Source: Chrysomallon squamiferum (Eukaryota > Animalia > Mollusca). From it: a stretch of DNA of 64,000 bases. Below the pieces are notes generated by a model. The model saw only the letters and a program-made list of their open reading frames with translations. It made no database searches and was not told where the DNA came from. Positions 12,923 to 25,912 of this stretch are shown in pieces. Where the stretch lies: assembly GCA_012295275.1 (NCBI GenBank), contig CM022671.1:2976001-3040000 (forward strand), in the 5' to 3' direction. The translations under genes and the position numbers were made by a program. Numbering within the stretch: position 1 is the stretch's first letter; every line of letters starts with the position of its first letter.

Positions 12923-15900
12923 ACGACGAACAATAACAATAAGTAAATAAATAAATAGAAACCATCTACTAATCAAAGGAAAAAAGTAATGGAATTTTTT
13001 AGCATGTGATTATGATCACATGCTGTAACTTTCCACTGCTGTTTGAATATATCGATACAATCATTTTCGAGGAAAAGAAATACTATCCGGTTAAGAACAG
13101 AATATAAATTTGTCGTTGTCTCGGGTTTGCTCAGTTAGAACAAAACACCCGACCTAAATGTGTGAATTCGCTATTCGGTTTTGTGATGTCAAACCGGGCT
13201 TAGAAACGATCAAGTAAGCAATGAAACATTAGGTAAGTAGATCTGTGCGAGTTTGAAGGTTATTTTTATTGCTTTGTTGTTGCTGCTGTTTTTATATTTC
13301 AATGTTATTTCAGATGTTTCTGTTGGTGCTGATAACGAAAATATTACTGATATTATTATCATTTTGACTGTTATTATTATAGTTATTGTTGTTGTTGTTG
13401 TTATTATTATTATTATTATTATTATTAATATTATTATTAATTTCTTAGTGTTCAAAACGGGTATTAAGTAGATTTCGGCGCGATCCTTACTGGGCGGTCG
13501 CCAGAGTGGACAGCATCAAAAAGTGCGGCCTTCAAAAATTCCCTCGTGTAGGTGATTTAAAAAATCTTTTTAAAGAAACTTAGTTTGATAACGTATTATA
13601 CATATCTCGCCACAAACTCGCTTTTGATTTCTGAATACTGATCACGGAGAAGTTTATCAAATTTTTGATGAAAAAATATTTTTTGTAAACGTCAGCAGTC
13701 AGCGATCATTGGAAAAATCTTAGATGAGTCAAGCAATCAAAATACGTTCCCCGTATAGATATGCTACTTTTGTGCTTAATTTCAACAAATGTTATGTTCG
13801 CTAGCGAAGATTCTGTGGTTGCGAAAAACTGTATACGTAATGCGGACGCAATTAACAGTGCATTGTTTTAAAGATGGACAAACAGTTCATCACTGATTGC
13901 TCTTGTGTTTCGAAGGAAAATCCATCGAATAAAGTTATTTTAGCGGTAGGCATCAGTCACGGTGCTCACACTTTTAAACATCTTGGATGTTTTATTAAGA
14001 CTCAGCCTGGAGTACCAAAGTGCTTTAATGACCACCTAACAACGAATATAAATTGACAGCAATCTATATAAATAAATAAGTCTATCTATCCACTAGAGAA
14101 ATAAACACAAGTTAAGGTTCACGTTAATTATTTAATTATGATAAACAGGTGACGTGATAATATTATTTTATACAATCACAAAACATATGTTTAAGTAATT
14201 TTGATTAATGAAACGAGTAAGTCAAACAGGGAACCAAGACAAAATAAGAATCTGCACGGAGGAGAGATTAAAACCTTAGAATTTTAGGTATAATAAATGT
14301 TATTGACACAGATTAATTGCTCATTACACTCTTATCAAAATAAGAATAGACAGTTGCTTACCATACTCGTCCGTAAAGACAATAGCATTCAAAAACATTG
14401 GTTTCCCCGCCTTTCTGAGATTTCGTGTTGACCTGTTCCTTTGCTCCGTAATTATTTGAACCTTGAATCTTGAAAAAAATTAACGTGCTAATCAGAGCAA
14501 GCTGTTGTGAAGCACGTCTACGACAGGTACGCTTTCTGACAGGTAACCTGAATTATCAAATACCGGCCCTTTTTATAAGAATGCCATGGAGTTTAAAAAT
14601 TGGCTAAAACAATAAAAAAACGTGTATGTGGTGAAGTAACAATTTGTTACGCAATTTCAATTCCGTGGCATAAAAATCAAAAGCGTAGATGTGATTGAAG
14701 TAACAGTTCGTTACGCAATAAAAAGTGGGTTTGTGATCGAAGTAACAAATTGTTACGGAATCTCAATTCCGTGTCAGTGTTAAAACAATTCAAGGATCTA
14801 ATGTCAAGTGGCATATTTCTAATCATCATTTTGACCAGTATTTGATAGTTGTATTTTTCGTACAGCAATAAGCATCAGTAGCACGCGTGAATCGAAAGCG
14901 CGCTAGAAATTTTACACAGCCAATCATATGTACAGAAAATATAAACAGAAGTTTTAGCGTGTGTTGTGTCAGTTTATCGCCTCTGTCAGATCACTTTACG
15001 GTCATCGCTTTCCTGTAACGTGTGTCCGATTGGCTAATACTCCGTCACGTAGGCCTATATTTTATCCTTATAGGGGAATGATTTGCAAGTGATTTATATA
15101 TCCACTCAGCCTATGACTATATTATCACGGTGTAACCCGGTTAAGAAAGGTGATTATAATACACAAGGAAAAAAATGTGAAGTAAATGTTTCTAATGGGA
15201 GCTCACTAATTGTCTGACAATTGAAGTGTCCCAAGAACAACAGGTGTACAACACAATCCCTTTAAAGATCACTGCAAAATCTGGCACACGGTAGAATTAT
15301 CCCCATAATATCCCCCCATGTTAATGATGTATTTCAGATACTGAAAAGTTGATATTACAAAAAAGGCCACATTTGAGAAAAGGGGGGAATACAAAAAGGA
15401 ATTCAGCATGGAAGGAAGTTTTTATTTTTATTTTATGTTATACTGTGTTGTAACAAAGAAAATAATTAAAAGAGTTTCTAATATAATACTGAACACCCCA
15501 GAATCTATATAATCTTAGAGTATTGTGTGTCTTAGCTTTTAAATCTGTTAATTTAATAAATAAACACTGTACTTCTTTTTATATTTGTCCTGTCAATTAT
15601 ATAATATGGGTGTTGTTTATTGTGACCGCGGGAAGAAAATATACAAGTATAATTACACAGACTGAACAAAATAATTTTAACTGTTACAAACCTGATAATG
15701 GATTGCTATTAAAGGCCTCTTTTTATTTTTATTTTTATCTTTAATTCTGATCATTTTATTTTCTTTCATTCATTCCTTATCATTTACTTATTATAGATAT
15801 ATTTTTGTCACCTTTCTAAATGTTAGAACAATTTATTTATTCATCATCATCATCGTCATCATTAATTTTTATTATCCAAAGTAGTGCATAAATTATTGAT

Positions 15901-18350
15901 GTAAATCTGTGGAATAAGGCAGATATATTCGACTTTTTTCATGATACACCTCTACAAGTTTTCGATCAATTTAAGCTAAAGCATCTTCACGTTAATTTTC
16001 GATTTGAATTTTCAAGAGCTATTTACGTAGCTTTGATGAAAATGGTTAAATCATGTTCTTCTGCCATTTTTTATTTGAGCGTATGTTTGAGTGTTTTGTA
16101 ATTTTTCTTTTGATAGTAACAAATCATATAACTAAAGCTGGTGTTTGACACACTAATACAGACAGTTTCCAGTTTTACAAGTGCCCTGTATAAGATTCAC
16201 AGTATGTCATTATTGTGCAAACATATAAATCAGTATGTTATTTTAGTTTATTTTATTTCATTTCATTTTATTTCATTTCATTTCATTTCATTTCATTTGT
16301 TAAATATAAAAATAATATTGATATCAGGATAACTGTAAGATTTTTGAACTGAAGAAACAAGATAAGAAAACTATTCATTGTATTTCACAACTCGTCTCAA
16401 TACCGGTTATTTCTGTGCAGTGGTCGTAATTCCCCGAGAAGAAAGATTTCTAACTAAAGAAATACACCTTTATTTACATATTGAATAGATTAATATATAT
16501 TTCTTGAGAATGCGAACGTGGTCACATATGGTAATTTGATATCTGACGTAGCAACAATTAGATAATGCGAACATATTTTATATTTTACGAGTTCAAACCA
16601 GATTATTAAACTGGTTCCCTTAGTCTTCTTAAAACTGTCGTGTACTTTATTTTATTTTATTTATTTATTATTTTTATTTATTTATTTATTTTTTTATATC
16701 AAAACACTATAACGATTATTATTAAAAGAAAAGAAAAAAATTATTTTTGTTTATTTATTTATTTATTTATTAGTACAATTTGCTGTCGCGGTCGTTGGTG
16801 TTGTTGTTGTTATACTTTTTTGATGTGATCTTTTATTCATCATGATGCATTAAATATTAACTTAATATATTAAGCACCAGACGACTAGACAGAGTTCTCA
16901 TTTAAGTTTTCAAATAATTCATGTCAGTAATATTGCATAAATTATTTTAAGTTTAAATTTTCGTTGAACTATTATCTTTAGAAACATGATTAACAAGAAA
17001 GAGTGAAGAATCTATGAAGTTTAACATTACATAAAAACAGTTCTTCGTCATCATAAATAAAGAAAAATGTCTTAAATTGCCATCTCTAAAGCATCTTTCA
17101 GTTTTTTACTTACTTTCTACTAATTAGTTATTTTATAATTTATGTTAAAGTACGACGTTTATTTTCAGTAATCCAAACGATAATCTCTATAATTACATAA
17201 AGCAATGGCCTGATAAATAACAATACACGAGCAAAAATAGATATTTTTTATATAAAAAGTACGAATGACTAATTCTATTCATTGTATGTAATTTTAAATA
17301 TTTCATTTTACATAAATAATTAATCTTAAAAATTCAATATTCGGAATAAACGATTGTTATATATAATGAAAAATCCTTTTTTCAATTCCATTGATGAAAA
17401 ACAAGTTCCGAAAATTACTTATATATATATACATACAGTGGTACCTCGTCGTACGAATGCCTCGACTTACGAGCAACACAACATCCGGCAGGCATCCCAG
17501 GTCTGTTGTGTTGTACTCGCGTTTTGTGCAGTATTTTGCCAAATTTCTTTTTTTCTGACCGTGGATCCTAAGAAAGTGAGTGCAAAGGACAGTGCTGAGA
17601 AGAAGAAGCGGATGATGTCAATTGAATTAAAGCTTGAATTCATAGAAAATTCGACTTGGCTAGGCAGTACGAGCATAGTACTTATACGATATGTATCATA
17701 CTGAACCTGAAGGGTCGATAAAAGCTGTAAATCCAACTAAAGGCGTTAAAATAATTTGTCTGATCTCCAAGATAAATACACTTTACAAAAGCATATTATT
17801 TCTTTACATTCTGTTTTATTTTGTTTTTTTATACAATATTTGTCATTTATAAATATATTTTTCTTATTTAAAAACACTTTACAAAAAATATAAAAAATGG
17901 TGGGTTTTTTTTTGGGGGGGGGGCTGGTAACAAACACTCAAATTTCCAGACTGCACCCAGTATAGTAAATACGTAACGCAGCACTGGGCAAAGTGTATAT
18001 AGTGATCCTTTCAACAGATTTTGGTGTCGATGAAATCAAACCAAACTCATTAACAGTAAATAATATTAAGCCATCCATGAATATGAAAAGAAAAAACAAC
18101 AACAACAACAACAACAGTAACTAATTAACTAACTAAATAAAGAAAGAAAGAAAAAAGAACAACAACAACAGCAAAAATAATGTTTTATCACTACCAACAG
18201 CATCTTTTATTGGTTACACAAATTTAAACTGCAATCAATCATACATAATTATTAGTAGACAAAAATGTTTAAAAGGCATTGCCTATCAGCTATTACCTTG
18301 GTAAAACAAAATATTTATTAATATTATTTCAAGTCGACTGATAATATATT
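10275..18350 (+). repeat. Tandem segmental duplication, copy 2
   Basis: Match to 2-8264. Similarity stops abruptly at 18350. Confidence 0.95.
17436..17950 (+). mobile_element. Tigger/pogo-like relic (duplicate)
   Basis: Same terminus; retains VDPKKVSAKDSAEKKKRMMSIELK, a typical Tigger transposase N-terminus. Confidence 0.78.
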
Positions 18351-18950
18351 GATCCTGACTTTAATCCTGTAATAAATACTTTTAATTTTTACAGTTCCAT
18401 ATACAAAATATTCAATTTACCTAACCATTTTATACTTAAAAAATGATATAGGCATTTATGAGGTCAAACTCTGATCTATGACTGATTTATCCAAACCTGT
18501 GATAAAAAAAAAAAAAAAAAAAATGTTTTTCTGTCTTACAGAATATACACATAGAACATCTCTGATTTTTCGAGAATACGTGTTACATGCCAATTGTTTA
18601 CTTCTCTCGTATATGATTATATATATATAAAACATTAACTATTTAATAACCTTCAGTTAAAATGTATTGAAGTATCGCAAACAAGTATCCACCTTTATTT
18701 TTAATTATTATTTTCTGTTAAATAAATCATTATTCACAAACCTTTATATAAATATGTAATTCCAGCTCAAAGGTCCGATAATAACTTATACATTGACTCA
18801 GAAAATATTAATCATTTGGTTCTGAAGTTGATGCCAAATTCTTATTTCTTAGATTATATCCGAACTCATTGCATGGTCTCCTTTTCAAGCTGACAAGAGA
18901 AGTGTTAGAAAAGGTTAATCCCTTCATCGCTTGAACACTGGTATTTCTAC

Positions 18951-20398
18951 GGTTCCATACCATTAGTCAGACCACAACCAGACCCCCACAAGCACTCCAT
19001 TAGTCAGAACCCCATTTGTCAGATACCCATATAATCTCTAGCCCACTACCTATGTGAATAATGAGCCTGGCCCAACTAAAACAATATAACTATAAGTCCA
19101 CATAACATATATAATTTAATAATTTACATTGTCCAGAGAACAGCACTATAAATTCGCATAAATTCGTGATGGCAGTGAACATAGTCCTAGGCTGAGGCGG
19201 TTGTCGATCTCCCTGTAGACTCGCTTGCGGGATGGAGAAGCGACACCGAAGTTCAGCTAAGCGAGCTTTAACTTGTCTGCCTTCTCGATCTACTTGAGAA
19301 TGTTCATCAGGCGGTATACGTTCGGATGGCGATGATACAGTGACCCACTCAACCGGTTGTGGAACCCTTCCAGGTTGTTGATGGTCCTTAGGCGGGAACC
19401 TAGCGTCGTCATCGACGTAGGATGAGGAACGGCTGGTGCAGCTTTCATGACCTCGACGCAGATATTCTGCACATCCGCCAGGGGAAGGAGAGGCAATTCT
19501 GCGGTATGTCGGACCCGTTGCTGCACGGTTGGAGCTTCCTTGTAGGCAAGTGCCAGGCTAAGATCTACAGTTTACTTCCACACGGCTTAAGTGAAATGAA
19601 AAAAGCATCCTTTCACCTCGGCTTCGTAGTGTACTGACGAACCTGATACCAGTGGAGTCTGCAGGAGGGTGGGTGTGGTCAGTGAAGTGTCTAATATAAT
19701 CCCCTACCGTCCTACATCTTCTGGTACTTGTCTTATCGGTACGTCTCCAATAGATACAATTCGGGCAAACCTTATTTTTATTGAAGAGATATCTCCGAAC
19801 CAGTACTTGGCGTATTCCTCTCTGGTATATATATATATATATATATATATAATCACTGATTCCCAAAACAAAAAGCTCATCGGTAGTCAGTCTACTGAAT
19901 TTATTTAGTACAAGAGGGTGGCCTTTCTCAAACAGATGTATTGTCAGTGAAACAATGTTTTTATTTAATACGTTAGGCTATTCCATCAGTTAAACAATCA
20001 GTATGCTTAGTCGTTAAAATGGATATAACGTTTAATAAGCGAGGTATTTTGTCATCTAACTTACGTCTGTGTTTGTCATTTATAAAACCTTTTAGAATTA
20101 TAAAGTAAAATCTGTGACAGGTATAATTTGTAAGAAACGAGAAAAAAGACTGGCGATCCCTCTGGGTGCTATCTACTGAAACTTCAATGATCAAATTATC
20201 TGGAAGAAATAAAATGTATAAATAATTATAAGCCTTTCTTTTATTTATTTATTGCCGGTAGACATACAATATACAACAATGTGGGATAATACCATTTTTT
20301 ATCTGGGTATCGGGCAGAGGATTAAGTGTGCACCAAATTTTGATCTGTGTTGTTATAAACTGTATGACAAAAAGGCATATGACTGATGGGAGGTAATC
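18951..20398 (-). mobile_element. Internally deleted FLYWCH-MULE (Mutator-like) element
   Basis: Minus strand has a FLYWCH-like finger (YLFNKNK..IYWR..C..HTH; 19558-19866) and a MULE C-terminus (LPLLPLADV; RTINNLEGFHNRL..HPNVYRLMNILK; 19290-19526). Weak inverted termini ggttccataccattagtcaga / tatgactgatgggaggtaatc (15/21). Confidence 0.7.
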
Positions 20399-20628
20399 TC
20401 TGCTACCCTTTAGACGGGACGAGCCAAATTTCAGATATTAGTACCACTCTATTCTTCTTCTTCTTCTTCTTATTATTATTAATACTATTACTATGATTAT
20501 TATTATTAATTGCTTAGTCGCTAAAATGGTTATTAAGTTTAATAAGCGAGGTATTTTGTCATCTAACTAACGTCTATGTTTGTCATTTATAAAACTTTAT
20601 AGAATTATGAAGTAAAATCTGTGACAGG
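20003..20628 (+). repeat. ~118 bp direct repeat (20003-20120 and 20511-20628)
   Basis: tgcttagtcg.taaaatgg...aataagcgaggtattttgtcatctaac...gtaaaatctgtgacagg occurs twice. Confidence 0.85.
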
Positions 20629-21283
20629 CGTGTAGTGTAAGAAACACCAGACAAAGGATAGGTGCTGTAAAGATTTGTATAAATGTATCCTGGTTGTAAA
20701 CGTCCATCTCTAAGATATATGATTGTGACAAGTCGAACAAGTGCCTTAATATACATACAATAACGTGGCGTTCTTAAAATAATAATAATAATAATAATAA
20801 TAAATAATACATAAATAAATGAAAACCACCTACTAATAATTAAAATCCAAACCGAAGGAAAGAAAAACTGCAAAGTTTTATGGATGTGATCAGGCACGTG
20901 TTCAATTTTACAAACTCATATGATCACATGCTGTAAATTTCCACTGCTATTTTAATACATCGAGTAAATAAATTTCGAGAAAAAGAAATACTATCCGGAT
21001 GAGAACAGTATGTGAATTTGTTGTTGTCTGTGGTTTGCTCAGTTATAACAAAACACCCAACCTATATGTGTGATCTCGCTGTTTGTTGATTTATTTGTAA
21101 TGTTAATGTTTTTTTCAGCCAACTATTGCTGATGATAATGAAAATGTTAACAGATTCTCCATCACCCTGACCCTTCCAAATAATACTTGAAATAAAAAGT
21201 CGAAGAATTTTTTAATTCTATTACAGTGAATATTTTACCTATTCTGGCGCTAATCACAACAAAAAGTAATAACATAAAATAAA

Positions 21284-21315
<32 letters not shown>

Positions 21316-21480
21316 ATTTATAAATAATAAATTAAAATATTGAAAATAAATAAATAAATAAACTGACAAAAGAAATTAGTATTATGGATTAACAGAAACC
21401 ATAATAAAGTAAAAGAAATTTAAATTTAATTTTTTTTTATAGGTTATTAATATTACTGAAGAAAAGATCAATTAGTAATC

Positions 21481-24400
21481 ATGAATGTGGCTAAATCTGT
21501 GGTATCTGCTGGATACAATTCCTTGTTCAGTCAGAAGAGTGATCCTGTTGTAACAAAATCAACTGACTCGAGACAACCAGGAAAGCCAGTGGTTCAAGAT
21601 GTTGGCTGTGATTTTATATCTATCAGCTGGGATAAACCACAACACAATGATGTCAGTTATTATGAAATCAAAATGAAACGTGTTTCTGAGACAGCATGGT
21701 CGAAAGTTCCACTCACTACAGATGACAACTCTACTTGTAAAACAATAACTGACCTTACCAAGGACACTGCATATGAGTTCAAAGTTCGAGCACACTATGA
21801 GGAAGAGGAAGGTCCCTTTAGTGAGAAGAGTGATCCTGTTGTAACAAAACCAATGGCTATGAAATCAGCTGATCCAAGACAAACAGGAAAACCAGTGGTT
21901 CAAGATGTTGGCTGTGATTTTATATCTATCAGCTGGGAAAAACCACAAGACAATGATGTCAGTTATTATGAAATCAAAATGAAACGTGTTTCTGAGACAG
22001 CATGGTCGAAAGTTCCACTCACTACAGATGACAACTCTACTTGTAAAACAATAACTGACCTTACCAAGGACACTGCATATGAGTTCAAAGTTCGAGCACT
22101 CTATGAGGAAGAGGAAGGTCCCTTTAGTGAGAAGAGTGATACTGTTGTAACAAAACCAATGGCTATGAAATCAGCTGACTCAAGACAAACAGGAAAACCA
22201 GTGGTTCAAGATGTTGGCTGTGATTTTATATCTATTAGCTGGGAAAAACCACAAGACAATGATGTCAGTTATTATGAAATCAAAATGAAACGTGTTTCTG
22301 AGACAGCATGGTCGAAAATTCCACTCACTACAGATGACAACTCTACTTGTAAAACAATAACTGACCTTACCAAGGACACTGCATATGAGTTCAAAGTTCG
22401 AGCACTCTATGAGGAAGAAGGTCCCTTTAGTGAGAAGAGTGATCCTGTTGTAACAAAACCAATGGCTATGAAATCAGCTGACCCAAGACAAACAGGAAAA
22501 CCAGTGGTTCAAGATGTTGGCTGTGATTTTATATCTATCAGCTGGGAAAAACCACAAGACAATGATGTCAGTTATTATGAAATCAAAATGAAACGTGTTT
22601 CTGAGACAGCATGGTCGAAAATTCCACTCACTACAGATGACAACACTACTTGTAAGACAATAACTGACCTTACCAAGGATACTGCATATGAGTTCAAAGT
22701 TCGAGCACTCTATGAGGAAGAGGAAGGTCCCTTTAGTGAGAAGAGTGATCCTGTTGTAACAAAACCAATGGCTATGAAATCAGCTGACCCAAGACAAACA
22801 GGAAAACCAGTGGTTCAAGATGTTGGCTGTGATTTTATATCTATCAGCTGGGAAAAACCACAAGACAATGATGTCAGTTATTATGAAATCAAAATGAAAC
22901 GTGTTTCTGAGACAGCATGGTCGAAAATTCCACTCACTACAGATGACAACTCTACTTGTAAAACAATAACTGACCTTACCAAGGACACTGCATATGAGTT
23001 CAAAGTTCGAGCACTCTATGAGGAAGAGGAAGGTCCCTTTAGTGAGAAGAGTGATACTGTTGTAACAAAACCAATGGCTATGAAATCAGCTGACCCAAGA
23101 CAAACAGGAAAACCAGTGGTTCAAGATATTGGCTGTGATTTTGTATCTATCAGCTGGGAAAAACCACAAGACAATGATGTCAGTTATTATGAAATCAAAA
23201 TGAAACGTGTTTCTGAGACAGCATGGTCGAAAATTCCACTCACTACAGATGACAACTCTACTTGTAAAACAATAACTGACCTTACCAAGGACACTGCATA
23301 TGAGTTCAAAGTTCGAGCACTCTATGAGGAAGAGGAAGGTCCCTTTAGTGAGAAGAGTGATCCTGTTGTAACAAAACCAATGGCTATGAAATCAGCTGAC
23401 CCAAGACAAACAGGAAAACCAGTGGTTCAAGATATTGGCTGTGATTTTATATCTATCAGCTGGGAAAAACCACAAGACAATGATGTCAGTTATTATGAAA
23501 TCAAAATGAAACGTGTTTCTGAGACAGCATGGTCGAAAAATTCCACTCACTACAGATGACAACTCTACTTGTAAAACAATAACTGACCTTACCAAGGACA
23601 CTGCATATGAGTTCAAAGTTCGAGCACTCTATGAGGAAGAAGGTCCCTTTAGTGAGAAGAGTGATCCTGTTGTAACAAAACCAATGGCTATGAAATCAGC
23701 TGATCCAAGACAAACAGGAAAACCAGTGGTTCAAGATGTTGGCTGTGATTTTATATCTATCAGCTGGGAAAACCACAAGACAATGATGTCAGTTATTATG
23801 AAATCAAAATGAAACGTGTTTCTGAGACAGCATGGTCGAAAATTCCACTCACTACAGATGACAACTCTACTTGTAAAACAATAACTGACCTTACCAAGGA
23901 CACTGCATATGAGTTCAAAGTTCGAGCACTCTATGAGGAAGAAGGTCCCTTTAGTGAGAAGAGTGATCCTGTTGTAACAAAACCAATGGCTATGAAATCA
24001 GCTGATCCAAGACAAACAGGAAAACCAGTGGTTCAAGATGTTGGCTGTGATTTTATATCTATCAGCTGGGAAAAACCACAAGACAATGATGTCAGTTATT
24101 ATGAAATCAAAATGAAACGTGTTTCTGAGACAGCATGGTCGAAAATTCCACTCACTACAGATGACAACTCTATTTGTAAAACAATAACTGACCTTACCAA
24201 GGACACTGCATATGAGTTCAAAGTTCGAGCACTCTATGAGGAAGAGGAAGGTCCCTTTAGTGAGAAGAGTGATCCTGTTGTAACAAAACCAATGGCTATG
24301 AAATCAGCTGACCCAAGACAAACAGGAAAACCAGTGGTTCAAGATATTGGCTGTGATTTTATATCTATCAGCTGGGAAAAACCACAAGACAATGATGTCA

Positions 24401-24964
24401 GTTATTATGAAATCAAAATGAAACGTGTTTCTGAGACAGCATGGTCGAAAATTCCACTCACTACAGATGACAACTCTACTTGTAAAACAATAACTGACCT
24501 TACCAAGGACACTGCATATGAGTTCAAAGTTCGAGCACTCTATGAGGAAGAGGAAGGTCCCTTTAGTGAGAAGAGTGATCCTGTTGTAACAAAACCAATG
24601 GCTATGAAATCAGCTGACCCAAGACAAACAGGAAAACCAGTGGTTCAAGATATTGGCTGTGATTTTGTATCTATCAGCTGGGAAAAACCACAAGACAATG
24701 ATGTCAGTTATTATGAAATCAAAATGAAACGTGTTTCTGAGACAGCATGGTCGAAAATTCCACTCACTACAGATGACAACTCTACTTGTAAAACAATAAC
24801 TGACCTTACCAAGGACACTGCATATGAGTTCAAAGTTCGAGCAAGCTTTGAAGAAGAGGCAGGTCCCTTTAGTGAGAAGAGTGATCCTATTGTAACAAAG
24901 CCATCAGGAACAACAGAATCAGAAGATAAATTTGGAAAGCCAACAGCAAAGGAACCTGGAGAAG
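21481..24964 (+). CDS. FN3-array GTPase gene, coding exon 1: 11 tandem near-identical fibronectin type III domains (101-102 aa each)
   Basis: Acceptor ttttatAG at 21441-42, upstream in-frame TGA at 21457, ATG at 21481. FN3 signatures ISISWEKP, YYEIK, ITDL..DTAYEFKVRA, GPFSE. Units start at 21580, 21886, 22192, 22495, 22801, 23107, 23413, 23717, 24019, 24325 and 24631. Compensating +1 (A-run 23536-40) and -1 (23769-72) indels. Donor AAG|GTAAAT at 24965 (phase 1). Confidence 0.88.
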
Positions 24965-25912
24965 GTAAATATAGTGACAATAGTGTTCCCATTACAATCG
25001 TAGATGACGGACACGGTTTTGATTTTGACATGACCACAGACAACAAGGCACCTATCAGATAGAGTGTGTCCATAGAGGAAAAACAATGTAATTTAAGCCA
25101 GTTATTAAATAAGTCTTTGAATGATAGCATGATATGATTGTAGAAAATGAGCTGATCTGAGGAATGTTTGAAGATCATTTCTATCAGTAATCCCATTAAG
25201 ATACCTACAGATGAAGACTTTTGTCAAATTTGTCAAATAAATACATCATATGCATGGTACAGATAAAGTTGATTTATTATTATTATTTTAATCTGTATCA
25301 CATTTTCTATATCATCTTGAATGATATATGATACTGGCTCCCTACGGATCAAGCTCTGTCATTTCTGATCATACAACTACATGTTTAATAGGTAGGTCTA
25401 CAACAGGCTATACTACATGTGACAAACAAACAAATCTGCTGTAATTATTTTGTCATATATATATATATATAATTGCTGAAAATCATCTTCTTTATATGCA
25501 TTTTAGTGCTTAAACGTATATACATAGATACAAACACCCGACACACACTCACACAGACACAGACATAAACACAACCTTGTTGCTATTTGAAGTTATTTTT
25601 TATTAATTGTATTACTGTTGTATTACTGTTGTATTTAGTTAAATAAATTTTAAAATAACACAATACTTCAAATTCTTTTTTTAATTATTTTTTTTTTTTT
25701 ACATGTCTGTTTTATATATTTGGCAGTACAATGGATTTCCATATACCACATACATTTATTTGTACTTGTTTATTAATAATTTTAATTCTATAATGGTCTT
25801 AAATACTTTTCTGTCAAGATACATTTTTGTATTTTTAATGAAGAGAGATTGACAAATGTACACTCATACACACAGTTTATTCTTCTGACATTTAATTGTA
25901 TAATCTGTACAG

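Noticed and set aside
18942-20407. 9-bp target-site duplication for the MULE relic
   Set aside because: The flanks match only about 5/9, which is not supportable.
21481-25062. Titin/twitchin, or three separate genes
   Set aside because: There are no Ig or kinase domains, and the three ORFs form one exon broken by two compensating 1-nt indels that splices in phase to GTPase exons.
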